DNA of 64,000 bases from Malacoraja senta (taxonomy: Eukaryota): positions 4,218,001-4,282,000 of the forward strand of contig CM075997.1 in assembly GCA_038087875.1 (NCBI GenBank), written 5' to 3'. Shown here one piece after another: positions 1 to 13,409 of this stretch. Both the position numbers and the translations under genes were made by a program. The notes beneath the pieces were generated by a model. That model was given only the letters and a program-made list of their open reading frames with translations. It did no database searches and was not told the origin of the DNA. Position 1 is the stretch's first letter. Every line of letters starts with the position of its first letter.

Positions 1-989
1 ACATTATGTATGAATCTAAATCACAGTCTGAATTCAGGAACTAAAGGAAAATTTTCAATCAACTCAGTCAATTTGCATCTGCAAATGGCTCGGGGCAAAA
101 ATGCAGTGCGTAATGGATTTTTGTGAAAAGATTAGCAAGACTGAATTTAATAAGACTTGTGATGAGTCAATGACCAGCTACGGCAAAGAGAAAAGTCTAA
201 AGTATCAGACGATATCCGTTAACCTACCACTCCTCCTGACTATTTTAAAATGCATGGACACATATGCATGTGAAAGATTGAAACCATAGCTGATACCCGT
301 TTACACCAAGATTAAATCGATGAGGTATCAAAAAGCAAACGGAATTGCAGCATGAAGAACTGCCCTCAGAAGGGGAAGGGATGAGAATATCCATCTACTA
401 AATTAATTTTAGTTTTATATTTAAATCAAGGATAAAACTTGCATTTAAAATGCATCAGAAACTGGAGAAAGTTTAGACCCTGGGCATTTCACACTAGAGA
501 TTTCCCAAAGGAGATATTTCCAGAGTTTTGTCCAAACAAAGCTAAAGGCACGTCTGCAACTGGCAGGGATGAGCAGTTGGAGATGCATATGAGCCAGAGA
601 CGGTGGCATGCAATTTCCTTAGAAATGTAAAAGAATATAGGTGACAGAAAGCCATTGAGGGATTTGAACAGAAACCTTTGTAACTGGCTACCAGCAGACC
701 ACAAGTATCAGCTAACCTTTAGCAACTTTAAAGTCAGCGATGAGAAATGTTAAGAACTCCATCAACTTTGATCATAAAATTTCAGGCTGCCAAACCAAAT
801 CTGGACTGCTAAAATCCATATATACTACATAGATAAACAAGATATGCTTGCCCCTGCACTCTAATTGACAATGGCTGAAGGTCAGAGGTTCCAGTATAGG
901 TTTGCAAACAGAAAATAATGTTGAATAAAAGCAGGACACAAAGATAGGTTGTGCAAGAGAGAATAACAACTCACTTATTATGGTCTTAC

Positions 990-1062
990 CTGGTCTACCA
1001 GGGTTTGGGTTTACATAGTCCCAGGTATCAGCATCATTCTTAAAGACATTCAGGCGGGTTGG
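990..1062 (-). CDS. hnrnpl-like: hnRNP L-like paralog, exon 6 homolog (PTRLNVFKNDADTWDYVNPNPGRP-G); gene continues off the window
   Basis: 73-nt exon between ttgcag| and |gtaaga on the - strand; same size and phase as + strand exon 23060-23132; peptide matches the end of hnRNP L RRM2. Confidence 0.93.
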
Positions 1063-1949
1063 CTGCAACAGAAAGCAAGATATTTGTACAACTCCCCCGA
1101 CTATCAGTGTGAAGGAAGGTCCCGACCCCAAATGCCACAATTCCTTATCTCCAGAGATGCGACCTGACCCGCTGAGTTACTCTAGCAGTTTGTGTCTATC
1201 TTTGGTGTAAACCAGCATCTGCAGTTCCTTCCTACACATTGCCTACTCCACTGCAAAATCTCGTCAAGGTATACTTACCATGAAGAGGTCTCCTCCTCTC
1301 TCCTGACTCAGTCTGAAGAAGGGTCCCAACCCGAAACGTCACCTGTTCCTTTTCTCCAGAGATGGTGCCTGACCCGCTGAGTTACTCTCGCATTTTGTGT
1401 CTATCTTCGGTGTAAACCAGCACATCTGTAGTTCTTTCCTACACAAGTTATTTACATTTGCAGATCTATTTTGAATGAAGTAATCTTGAATGATAATGCT
1501 TCAAATTTACTGAGGCAATTTACAAAGAAACAAAATTAAATTCACTCCAGAGACTGAACTCAGGGAGGCTGGCATCATGGAACTATTAGAAAGAAACCCT
1601 GCACAAACCTAATCCTACCTCATCAACAGAATACCAGAGACCACCTCTTGCAATACCATGGACCTGTTTTCCATGCTATGCAGTTCTATGACTTGCATTC
1701 ATCCTCCATTTTCCAATATTATTTTGGTAAGAGACCAATAATACTCTCAAGTGGGACTTGCTTACCGACACTAAATTAAAAGCAAATAGCCTCAGCCATT
1801 ATTGAGACTGGCTCAAATACACACACAGGAGCTATACAGAGGGAAATAACAAAGTATAGCATCAAGGAGCTAATAACAAACTAAACAGGTGAATCTTTCT
1901 CCTTGCTGGAAACTGGGCAAGGGAGATTTCCTTTAAATTGAAGAATTTA

Positions 1950-2148
1950 AGGGCCTGTCCCACTTTCACGACCTCTGCCGAGTTTGACCATACTCGCAGC
2001 ATGGTCGTCACGAGGTCGTAGGTAGGTCATGATGCTAGTTGTAGGTACTCGTGGCATCAAGTAGGTCGTGGCGTTTTTTCTAGCCTGATGAAAAATGTCC
2101 ACGAATAAAAAAGATCGTGAATTGGGTCATGAAAGTGGGACAGGCCCT
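1950..2148. mobile_element. MITE with TIRs and TTA TSD, PIF/Harbinger-like (related copy at about 51797-52021)
   Basis: AGGGCCTGTCCCACTTTCA...TGAAAGTGGGACAGGCCCT flanked by TTA on both sides. Confidence 0.8.
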
Positions 2149-3218
2149 TTAATATTCATGAAGTTGGTTCGAAGACTACCCTAGTGGATTGCCTGGTCCT
2201 GTTCTTCCAATTTGTGTGTGGTCACACTCTGGCAGTGGAGGAGGCACTTAAATAGGCATGGCATAAGACAGGGATAAATTACGCAACATTTCATCACCTG
2301 CGGCTTCTTCAACACTTCTGCCCTTGTGTATACATTCGAAGGACGAGAGCAGCAAGAGCATATGAACACCTTGAAACTCAAAAAGTCAAACACATTCGAA
2401 TTTAAGAAACATGCTACTGCTCCTCTATTGTCATTTAAATCAAATACTGGAACACACAACCACTGGCACTAATCAAATACATTTCACTGCTGCGATTCAG
2501 GAAGTCTTACAATCTCCTTATCAGAGGCAACCAGAGATAAATGCTGTCCTTGGCAGCAATAACCAAATCCTGCAGATGAATAAACAACAGTACTTAATTA
2601 ACAGTAGCCTTTCAGAACATTACTTGGCATTAAAATTGTTTTCCAGTTACAAGACAAGTATGCTTGCGAGAGGGCAGGATACAGCTTCAATAGCTGACAG
2701 GCTACAAAGAGCCTGTCAATGTTTATTGTATTGTTTATGGGTGTAGAATATCCTTTTTGTGCGAAGGGAGTTTGCCACTGTTGGAACCACATTCTCAAGA
2801 CAGGAATATGAAAGAAAGTAAATTAAAGAAATTCAAGAGAGTTAGATTTAGCTCTTAGGGCTAAAGGAATCAAGGGTTACGGGGGAAAAAACAGGTACTG
2901 ATTTTAGATGATCAGACATGATCATATTGAATGGTGGTGCTGGCTCGAAGGGCCGAATGGCCTACTCCTGCGCCTATTTTTCTATGTTTCTATTTTCTAA
3001 TGGGTGTTGAGGGAGAGACAGAGGCAGGGATTTATGTTTGGTGATGTTTATTGTTTGGTTTACGAGCGTAGAATACCCTATTTGCGCAAAGGCCGTTTGC
3101 TACTGTTGGAATCACATCCTCAAGTCAGACATTTGAAAGTAGTGGGTGCCGAGGGAGAGACAGAAGGGAAAGGTACAATATGTGTACTTACAGACAATAA
3201 CTTCCTGTAAAGACTTAC

Positions 3219-3315
3219 CTTTGCATATTCTATTTTCAAAGTGCAACATCCAGAATAAATATCAGCACCATTAAGAGAAGCCTTGGCCTTCTGCGCACTT
3301 TGAACCGAGTCAAAT
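3219..3315 (-). CDS. hnrnpl-like: hnRNP L-like paralog, exon 5 homolog (FDSVQSAQKAKASLNGADIYSGCCTLKIEYAK)
   Basis: 97-nt exon preceded by U12-type branch site TCCTTAAT (3332-3325) and AC acceptor (3317-3316); followed by GTAAGT. Confidence 0.95.
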
Positions 3316-4393
3316 GTATAGTAAATTAAGGACAATACTGTTACATATTATGCAATACAAATGACAATGTTTTCACCAAGACCACAAAAGCTAAACAGCA
3401 TCCCAGAATGGTTATGTGGGTAAATGCATCAAGCAAGTCCAACCCTGTCAGTTCACTGTTGCCAGCGGCGGGAGTATCCCGGAGAGTTTTGCAGGCCCGA
3501 TCCACCCGCCGAACAACCTCGTCGTCGCCGCCGACCAGAACGCTGACCGAAGATCGGAACGCACTCCAGTAGGCCCAACTCGCCCCACAGGGGACTGTGG
3601 TGGCGGCGATGGGAGCCGGTGGGGCCTCGCGGTCGATGAGCGTGAGGGCGGAGAGGAAGACAATGGAAACCCGGCGAGGGGGGCCGCCATGAAGAACAAT
3701 GGAAACCCAGCGTGGGGGGACTGCTGTGAGGGACGGTGGGAGAACAAAGGGGTGTGGGGGGCCACTCTAGTTTAGAATCCTCTACCCAGGGAATAAGTCT
3801 GTGTTTGTTCCGGTGAAGGAGCTGTGCACACGGCAGTCAGCCAACAGTCGCTTGTCTTTTTCTTGTTTCACTTTTAATGTGAAGTTTTTGGGTGCCTTGT
3901 ATGTTGTGACTGTCGGCAGACCAATTTCCCCCCGGGGATGAATAAAAGCCAGAATCTTTTAGTCTTAGTCCGACATCAACCTTCATCTCAAATGTTGACT
4001 ATTTTTCTCTCAACAGGTGCTATCTGTTGAGAGAAATTTCCAGCATTTTACAGAATATTTGGACAGGTGCATGGAAAGGATAGGTTTAAAGGGATATAGG
4101 CCAAACGCAGGCAGGCGAGCCTAGTGTAGGAGCAAGTTAGGCCGAAGGGCCTATTTCCACCCTGTACTTTTATTTCAATTTCCAGCTTTGTTTTTTTTAA
4201 TTGAAAATCCATGACTGATACTCCCAAAGTGAGGAATTTTAGTCATTTTGATATCTAAAAACAATTGTTAAATTAACCTTTCTATATTCAAGGACAAAAA
4301 TTCTTATGTTCCTGACTTTCCCGTATCCCTCATTTCCAGCAAAATCTTTCTGAAGCACATTTGCATCCTTTTCCAGGGTTTACATCTTACCTA

Positions 4394-4581
4394 GGTAGAC
4401 AAAAGTGCTGGAGAAACTCAGCGGGTGCGGCTGCATCTATGGAGCGAAGGGAATAGGCAACGTTCCGGCCCGAAATGTTGCCTATTTCCTTCGCTCCATA
4501 GATGCTGCTGCACCCGCTGAGTTTCTCCAGCACTTTTGTCTACCTTCGATTCTCCAACATCTGCAGTTCCTTCTTAAACAC
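4394..4581. mobile_element. Short Penelope-derived fold-back element, 15-bp TSD (similar copies at 11656-11872, about 32541-32737, and 56683-56923)
   Basis: TTTACATCTTACCTA at 4379-4393 and 4582-4596; long internal inverted repeat. Confidence 0.85.
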
Positions 4582-6257
4582 TTTACATCTTACCTATATG
4601 TGAAAGTACCATTTCCAAAGAACATTTCCAGCCAAAGCCTATGATATACATAGCCATCAAGAATGGACATATAAACCCACACATATGCATTCACAGCATC
4701 TGTAACATTACTTTTGTGATAGTGCCACGTTTCTTTTCACATGTTCTAACTTGTACTATAGCCTATGTACATCAGTTAAGCTGGCAATATAGAGATGTAC
4801 AAAAACAATTACTCCAAGGGGGGAAGCCATTTAGCACATCTTTTCCTCACTAATTAAACAAATTCCTAAGCTATTATCATTTTTCACTTGCGGTATCTGA
4901 AAGGTCTGCATTTGCAAATACCCTTACTGCCAACTATCAGTTCTTAAGAGAAGACACAAGGAACTGCAGATGCGGGTGTACAAAAAAATGACGCTCGAGT
5001 AAATCAGCAGGTCAGGCAACATCTCTGGAGAAGATGGATAGGTGACATTTCGGGTCGAGGTGGAGGCCGGTTCTCTGGATGCTTTCAAGAGAGCAAGATA
5101 GGGCTCTTAAAAATAGCGGAGTCAGGGGATATGGGGAGAAGGCAGGAACGGGGTACTGATTGAGGATGATCAGCCATAATCACATTGAATGGCAGTGCTG
5201 GCTCGAAGGGCCGAATGGCCTACTCCTGCACCTATTGTTTATTATCCTTTCAGGCTGATTCTATCTATGTTCTCTAGAGATGCTTGCTGATCCAGTTACC
5301 ATTTTGTGTGTTTTTGTACACCAGTATCTGCAATTCCTTGCGTCTCCATTTTACTGCTCCACTGCAAATCTCAAGGTATGCCAATGCTGAAGTATTTCTC
5401 CTCTTTCCAACAAAAGTTCCGAGACCGTCACTCACACTCCACCACCTGCTGTGATTTCTGCTGCTCTCTTACAATCAGTCTGAAGAAGGTTCCTGACCCA
5501 AAACGTCACCTGCCCATGTTCTCCAGAGATGCTGCCTTACTCGGTATGTTACACCCGCACTGTGTCTTATTAATGTTGTTTTAATACCATTATGAAGGCA
5601 ACACTGAGGGCCATTAATAGCAACCAGCACCCAAGGACGTCATTTTGCAGAATAAGTCCAAGGGGCTGACTGGCTTACTTCTGTTACTAATTTACCAAGT
5701 TGTACCTGCCCACTGCACATTTGGGCAGTGGGCAGGTGCTATAGACCTGCACGGGAAGGTAGACGCTCCCGCCCCCACGAGGCTCGGGCAGATGGGGCTC
5801 GTCAGCCTGGGAAGGCAGTCCATCTAGGAGATGGAAAACTCAGATTTAAAACCTCCACTGCCTTGTGGCCTTATCCAGTCATGGAAAAGGCTCCAGGTGT
5901 AAACCTCAAGAAAATCCGGAGTCGGAGCCCTGAAGGCAGTTCGTCGTTGTCTACAACCTCGCTCTGGCAGCTCCTGCGACGGTGCCAAACTGTAACGGCC
6001 CTGCTGTTCCTTTGGATCGATCAGCGATGTGGAGAGGGGGGACATGCTGCATGGGCAACAGCCTGTCCTCCGTATGACATCGCCCAGGCTTGCATCTACC
6101 CACACATCACCTGCAAACTAGGATGCATCACCCATGGTCAATCATGACCGAGGGGGGCCTACTACATGCATATTTAAGTTTTGCTTCAGGAGCTATCAAT
6201 TACACGAACTGGTCAAAGAAAAAATGCACTGCTTCAAGCCTGCAAAAGATATTCCAC

Positions 6258-6416
6258 AGATAGACACAAAATGCTGGTCTAACAGGCAGCATCTCTGGAG
6301 AGAAGGAATGGGTGACGTTTCGGGTCGAGACCCTTCTTCAGATTCTTCAGAAGCAGTTACTCCAGCTTTTTGTGTCTATCTTCAGTTTAAATCAGCATCT
6401 GCAGTTCCTTCTTACA
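6258..6416. mobile_element. Short Penelope-terminal-repeat-derived fold-back insertion at the U12 donor, 15-bp TSD
   Basis: caaaagatattccac (6243-6257) versus caaaggatattccac (6417-6431). Confidence 0.8.
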
Positions 6417-6426
6417 CAAAGGATAT

Positions 6427-6512
6427 TCCACCATTGCTTGAATTCCATTCTTTCTAAAGATCACAATCCTTTGAACAGGCCCACAAGGATTGCAGATTGT
6501 GTACAGAACATC
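6427..6512 (-). CDS. hnrnpl-like: hnRNP L-like paralog, exon 4 homolog (DVLYTICNPCGPVQRIVIFRKNGIQAMVE)
   Basis: 86-nt exon, tttttcag| acceptor, |ATATCCTTT U12 donor; RRM2 peptide nearly identical to + strand exon 21279-21364. Confidence 0.95.
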
Positions 6513-6975
6513 CTGAAAAACAAAGAGGTAAACAAGTAAACTTTCACCACACAAACCGAAATCCCCCAAGTGATTGTACATTTCAGTTCCTACAGAGAAA
6601 ACTTAAGTAGGACACTGGATAAAACTAATAATCTTGACATGCGAGATAGCCTTTTCATTGTGCATTTAATAATCACCAAAGTCCCAAATCAAATAAGATT
6701 TGCACTATCATTAATATCCATTGAAGTATTCTGAGCATCAACTTTCTTGTCTACAAGGAAAATTTAGTTGAGCCCACACCTCCAAAGGTTCAATCCTGAC
6801 CTCCAGTACCGTGTGGAGTTGGACATTTTCCTTGTGCGGATTTTTCCTGGGTGGTCTGATTACCTCCCACTTCTCAATGATATTCCAGGAGAATAGGGAC
6901 GGCAAAAGAGAACGGGGTGGTTCTGAATGCTGGCAAAGATTCATGGGCCAGATGGACTCATGATATGGAAGTATA

Positions 6976-7266
6976 GGGGCGGCACGGTGGCACAGCAGTA
7001 GAGCTGCTGCATTACAGCGTCGGAGACCAGTGTTTGATCCTGACTATGGGTGCTGTCTGTACGGATTTGTACATTCTCCCTGTGATTGCATGGGTTTTCT
7101 CAAGGTGCTCTGGTTTCCTACCACACTCTAAAGACCTACAGGTTTGTAGGTTAATTGGCTTCTGTAAGTGTGTAGGACAGTGTAAGTGTACGGGGATCGC
7201 AGTTTGGCAGACTTGGTGGGCCGAAGCCTTCTGAGCCCGTTTTCCACGCTGCATCTCTAAACTAAA
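6976..7266 (+). mobile_element. tRNA-derived V-SINE-like element (many copies, e.g. 15630-15898 +, 50619-50923 -, 55855-56157 -, 60960-61222 +)
   Basis: ggcacggtggc.cagc.gtagag A box, B-box-like segment, shared core gctgtctgtacgga.tttgtac, tail ctctaaactaaa. Confidence 0.85.
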
Positions 7267-8214
7267 GCCCTAACTAATGGAGAGGGGAGAATAGTCATCT
7301 CGGCTTTGAATCATTTCAAATGCTTAGCTACGTTGCAGAAGAAAATAAAAATGAAAGCAACTGCCTCTGCCCTTGAATGCAGTACAGGAAGTGCTAGGAA
7401 GGTAATTCAGTTAAGTCAACAATTCCATCAGAATCATTCAAAACATTTTAAAATGCACAAGTGCCAAAGGAAAACCAATTTTTGTTTAATGCCCTTTAGG
7501 TTTTGGAAGACTTAACACGAAAAGCAAAGACTCAGGTATTGAAAATTAGTTGGATGCTAAACTCCCATGTCGGATACACAAGCTCTCACAAGCATCTGAA
7601 ACTAGACAATGCTCTGTGGAAATGACCATGTATCTATACATTGTAAATGGCTCGATTGTAATCATGTATTGTCTCTCCGCTGACAGGATAGCATGCCACA
7701 TAAGCTTTTCACTGTACCTCGGTACACGTGACAATAAACTAAATAACAAAAACATATAGAGGTTGAGTGTTATATAGAATGTTATATACATATTGAGCTT
7801 GAGCAAGAGTCTGAAGATGGGTTTCGGCCTGAAACGTTGCCTATTTCCTTTGCTCCATAGATGCTGCCGCACCCGCTGAGTTTCTCCAGTACTTTTGTCT
7901 ACCATATAGAGCATGAGGCTGGGTATAGGAGGAAGCAGGACTGCGAGTTTGTGCACAGGATTGAGCTCCGTGGACTTGCAATCAAAGGCTGTAGCATTGT
8001 TTCAGGTAGCAATCAAATAGCATGCGTCTCGTCTGAAAACGATCACTGCTATTAAGAATGGTAAAGGAAGGCTGGCTAGGTATTATGGGCATTGGCTAGA
8101 TGATGGAGAGGGAAAAGAAGAGAGGTTGATAGACAATATTTGCAAAGCTGCCCAAACCATCTTGAGTGTTCTGAACACAATGTTCACATGTTATCTATCT
8201 TCTGTTCAACTTAC

Positions 8215-8446
8215 TGTATTGATAGGATAAATAGGATTGCCAATGTTGATCAATAGGACATTATTGCATTTGGAGTCGTCATCATCTGGCCTGGCAATTT
8301 TCTGACTTGTGGAAAAGCAAATATAGGCCAGCTGCCCAGCAACATAAATGGGGTTGTCTGCCGCATAGTTCACACAGCTACATGCACCACCAATGTCTTC
8401 AAACTCCACCAGTGCTTGCTTTCTCCTTGGCATCAGCATTACGCAA
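8215..8446 (-). CDS. hnrnpl-like: hnRNP L-like paralog, exon 3 homolog (RRM1 C-terminal part and start of RRM2: CVMLMPRRKQALVEFED...NPIYPINT)
   Basis: 232-nt open exon, tttgtag| and |gtaagt, same phases as + strand exon 20298-20535 (238 nt). Confidence 0.93.
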
Positions 8447-9274
8447 CTACAAACCAAATGTAAACATCATTAATAGGAGAGATCTGGGGTTCTGAACAGC
8501 ACTGAATCATCAATGGAGAATATTAATAATTCACTTATAAAACCCACAACTAACACATGCCCTGGGGAGTAAAAGCGTTGGATTATTCCAGCAGTGGCTT
8601 ACACCACACACCCAGCTAACACCATAATCCATGAATCAATATCAAGCCTGCGGAAATAGGCCCTTCGGCCCACCAAGTCTGCGCCAACTAGTTATTCCAT
8701 ACACTATTTTACACATATGGGATAATTTATAATTCTTACCGAACCCAATTAACAAACATGAATTGTTATGTTTTAATTCATTTGAACAGATATAGAGAGA
8801 TTTCTGGTGTTAACTTCAATTTTATTTGAACTGGTAGTTTTCTCATTCATAGATAAGATTAAACCAGCTCATTCATCTGCCTTCGAGCACAGATACAATC
8901 ATGCAAGACGTGGTAAGCAATGCCTACAGCCTGCAAGTGCGAGGCAATGACCAACAAATTCCAAGCAGCTACACTTGGCATTATCATTTCCCAATCCCCC
9001 ACGAGCACGCGGTGACTCACTATTCACCAGAGACTGAACTGGGCTAACCAATGCAAAAACTGTGACTTAAAAGATCATCTCAGGGGCTGGTTAGTGGATA
9101 ATAGCATCAGCCTTAACCAGTGATCAGCATGATGGAAGGTTCACAGGCTGCATATCGTACAGCTCACAGGTTGCTTAAACACACCATAAGCTGATTCCAA
9201 AAACTATAAAGCTTGCCTGGGTAAAAGCAGCTCCAACATTTCAAGTGTGGCTGTGAACCGCTCCCTCTATATCC

Positions 9275-9940
9275 ACAGAGACCGCTCCCTCCGTAACTCC
9301 CTGGTCAATTTGGCCCTTCCCACCCAAACCACCCCCTTTCCTGGCACTTTCCCTTGCAACCGCAGGAAATGCTACACTTGTCGCTTTACCTCCCCCCTTG
9401 ACTCCATCCAAGGACATAAGCAGTCTTTCCAGGTGCGCCAGAGGTTCACCTGCACCTCCTCCAACCTCATCTATTGGATCCGCTGCCCTAGGTGTCAGCT
9501 GCTCTACATCGGTGAGACCAAACGTTGGCTTGGCGATCACTTAGCCCAACACCTCCGCTCGGTTCGCAATAACCAACCTGATCAGGTGGCTCAGGACTTC
9601 AACTCCCCCTCCCATTCCGAATCCGACCTTTCTGTCCTGGGCCTCCTCCATGGCCAGAGTGAGGCCCACCGTAAATTGGAGGAGCAGCCCCTCATATTTC
9701 GCTTGGGTAGTTTATACCCCAGCGGTATGAACATTGACTTCTCCAATTTCAGGTAGTCCCTGCTTTCTCCCTCTTTCCCCTCCCCTTCCCAGCTCTCCCA
9801 CAGCCCACTATCTCCGCCTCTTCCTTTTTTCTTCCCGCCCCACAACAGTCTGAAAAAGTCTCGACCCGAACGTTGCCTTTTTCCTTCGCTCCATAGATGC
9901 TGCCTCACCCGCTGAGTTTCTCCAGCATTTTTGTCTACCA
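9275..9940 (+). mobile_element. Penelope-like 3' fragment (GIY-YIG and terminal repeat)
   Basis: ORF 9247-9756 closely matches the C-terminus of ORF 44006-45463. Confidence 0.88.
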
Positions 9941-12689
9941 ACATTTGGGTGGCATGCAGGCGCAACTGGTAGAGCTGCTGCCTCACAGTGCCCAAGACCC
10001 AGGTTCTACCCCTCCAAGTCACACACCATCGTGATTTGGAGATATCAATAAATGGCACGTTTCACTGGATATAAACCTTGGAACTCCCAGTACGGCAGTT
10101 GAAGGCAGTGGGTCACTGCCACCTTCAAGAACAACTAAATGAAAGACCTTGTCAATGATAACCACAATTGTAAGCAAATTTGCGAAAATGAACAATTGCA
10201 CCAAATATTGATCTCAACGTTGGCGAAATAAAACTGGGAATTTTTTCCTATGATTAACTGATTTCAGATTTCAAGCTAAGGACTGGTTTCAACACAAAAT
10301 GCCCACAAGATGCAGTTCGAGCTGGTCTGTGGGAAACTACAGATAACACCATTAATGTCACTTGGGGAAGAAGCTAATCTTAAATTTGGTAGTTTGTGCT
10401 TTCATGTTTTTGTGTCTCGTGCCCGATGGGAGAAGAGAAAATAACTGGGATGATAAACTTATTTTGTATGGTAACAAGGCAAATCATACCATAGGTTAAT
10501 ACACCAGTTAGTGCAAGACAAAATAGTGTTTGGCTGCATGGCGGTGCAGCTGTTGCCCCACAGTGCCAGAGACCACGTTTCAAGCCTGACCTCAGGCGCT
10601 GTCTGCGTGGAGTTTGCACACCCTTCCATGACTTCCTCTGGGTGCTCTGGCTTCCTCCCACATCCAAAATACATGCCAGTTTGCAATTTAATTGGCTTCT
10701 CTAAATGCTCTCAGAATGTTTATGGAACAGATGCAAAATTGGAACAACATTGTACTAATATCAGCAGGTCAGTGTGGACTTGGTGGGCAGAAGGGACTGG
10801 TTCCATTCTGTACTTTGCAATCAATCTATAATGATTGAGAATTCATCCCTAATGCACAAGAGGTTGATTCAAGAGTCTGATAATAGCGGGGAAGAAGCTA
10901 CCCTTGAATTTGGTAGTTTGTGCTTTCATGTTTTTATGTCTTCTGGCTGATGGGAGAAGAGAGAAGAGAAAATAACTGGGATGCAATGGTTCTTGATTAT
11001 GTTAGCTGCTTTCATGTAAAATATACATGGATGAGGAAGAGAGGAGACTGGTTTGTGTAATGAACTGGGTGAGTTTTTGCATTTTTTTGGTTACACACAA
11101 TCAGTTAAACAACCAGATAATTTTTGATAAGGGACATTAGGTTAGCCAGAATAGTAGGATTACTCCCAAGCTTAGTTTTAAAAGCACTTTGGGAACATTC
11201 ACACCAAAAACCATTGATGCACCCTTGAATTGACATCTCAGCCACCGGACTTTGCAGAGCCAAGGCAATGATTCATAAAATTGACAGAATGGACAGTTTG
11301 CTGAAATCTTTGACAGATATCCGAAATCCCAAATGGAATAATCATTTGCTAGCTTCACTAAATTCAATAAAGATATACTGTTCTTGATTCTAGTGCCTGC
11401 ATTAGAAAATTAGTATTAAAACGTTATAAGATGCATAAAACAATCAGCATTTGCTGGACAGCGTGCAATAAAATCAGGGCTCTCGCTTAACTTTTTTTCC
11501 GTTGCCAGCCGGGCAACCTTGACAGCTTTTTAGGTTGCCAAATGACAGTTTAGGTGGTCATTGAAGACGGTTTGCATGACGCGTGCAATAATGTGCTCGG
11601 ACGAAGTGCGTAGTTACCAGTCGCAATTATGCTCAATGAAGCATTCACATATTATGTTCAAGAAGGAACTGCAGATGCTGGAAAATCGAAGGTAGACAAA
11701 AATGCTGGAGAAACTCAGCGGGTGCAGCAGCATCTATGGAGCGAAGGAAATAGGCAACGTTTCAGGCCGAAACCCATCAGTCTGAAGAAGGGTTTTGGCC
11801 CGAAACGTTGCCTATTTCCTTCGCTCCATAGATGCTGCCACATCCGCTGAGTTTCTCCAGCACTTTTGTCTACATTCACATATTATTTCTGCTTCAAATA
11901 ACTCACAAACTAAACATATTCACCAATCAAGACATGATATATACCACAATGACATGCAGCAAAATTATAATACAATATCTCAACTCTTTTTACACATTGC
12001 AATTAATGCAATTTCTATTAGTTCTTTCCACTTCCAAACAAAAACGTGGTTGGATTATTCAGCATATGATCAACCTGCGTCAATAAATCCTGGACCATGG
12101 TAACATATATGCTTAACCATACACACTACAGATTGATGCAAGCATGTTTTCTGTGAAGGACCGAAAATTACCATGACATGGCCATAGCATGGGTCGTTAT
12201 TGCTATTGGCACAGAAACACTCTGGCTTCCCGCATAATTTATCCATAACAAAATATACAGGTTGCAAGGAAATTTCTAAAGGCATTTTATGATAATAGCT
12301 GTTAAAACCGATTATACCCATCTGACAGGTTAAACATTACACTAACTGACAAGAGATGGCCAAAGGACATAACTGCAGCAAATGTTCTTTTGGTAATATG
12401 TTTAAAGGTGTCAAAACAAATAATAACATTGGGAATTAAAACACATTTGATTACATTCCGTTATCAAACATAATCAATGTTCGCTCTGAAGACCATGAAG
12501 CACAATAGGGTCAGGGGGTTTGTGAATCAGTGCGGGGTGGAAAGGTGGCGGGGGGGGGGGGGGGTTGAGAAGGCAATCGGTGCGGAATGGATGGATTGAG
12601 GCAGGTGAATTAGTACGTGTTGGTTGGAGTATGTAAAATTGTGAGGGGAGAGCACGGGGGGATGTCAGTGGTGTTGAATGGGGGGGGGT

Positions 12690-13345
12690 CAGTATAGGAT
12701 GATTGGGGGTTCAGTACAGGATGAATGGGGGTAGACAAAAATGCTGGAGAAATTCAGCGGGTGAGGCAGCATCTATGGAGCCAAGGAAATAGGCAATGTT
12801 TCGGGTCGAGACCCTTCTTCAGACTGTTCCCCCCATTCTTCTTGAATGGGGGGATCAGTACAGGATGGATGGGGGGGTGGGTCAGCACAGGATGAATGGG
12901 GGGGATCAGTACAGGATGAATTGGGGGGGGGGGGTCAGGACAGTGTGGATCGGAGGGTCTATGCAGGATGAATGGGGATCACTACAGGATGAATGAGGGG
13001 ATCAGTACAGGATGAATGGGGCTCAGTAAAAGATGAATGGGGAGCTCACTACAGGATGGATGGGGGATTGGTGTAGGGTAAATGGAGGGTGGGTCAGTAC
13101 GGGATGAATGGGAGGATCAATGCAGTATGAATGGGGGGAGAAGTGCAGGATGGATGGGAAGGGGGGTCAGTACAGGATGAATTGGGGGACCAGTGTAGGA
13201 TGGATGGGGGGGTGGCAGGAGAATCAATTCGAGGTGGGTAGGGTGATGAATAGATTGGGGGGGGGGGTAGATGGGGAGGGGAGCACAGGGGATGTCAGTG
13301 AGGACTGAATAGAGGAGGGAATGGGGATCAGTGCGGGATGGAGAG
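12690..13345. repeat. Degenerate G-rich minisatellite (unit about cagtacaggatgaatggggg)
   Basis: Recurrent variants of the unit, interrupted by a Penelope terminal fragment at about 12731-12825. Confidence 0.85.
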
Positions 13346-13409
13346 GAGGGGTCCCAGGATAAGAGGGGTGGAGGGGGGCGTACAAGCGAGAGAGAGAGAA
13401 GGGGGGGGG

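Larger units (their letters stand above)
3316..6426 (-). other. U12-type (minor spliceosome) AT-AC intron of the hnRNP L-like paralog
   Basis: Starts ATATCCTTT and ends TCCTTAAT-ttactat-AC; splicing joins GA|A to restore Glu in QAMVE-FDSV. Confidence 0.93.

Noticed and set aside
6976..7050. tRNA genes at SINE heads (here and at other copies)
   Set aside because: A/B-box heads run into SINE bodies and do not form complete cloverleafs.
12070..12321. Minus-strand ORF after an AG as the missing upstream exon of the paralog
   Set aside because: No similarity to hnRNP L exon 1 or 2; cannot be supported without transcripts.
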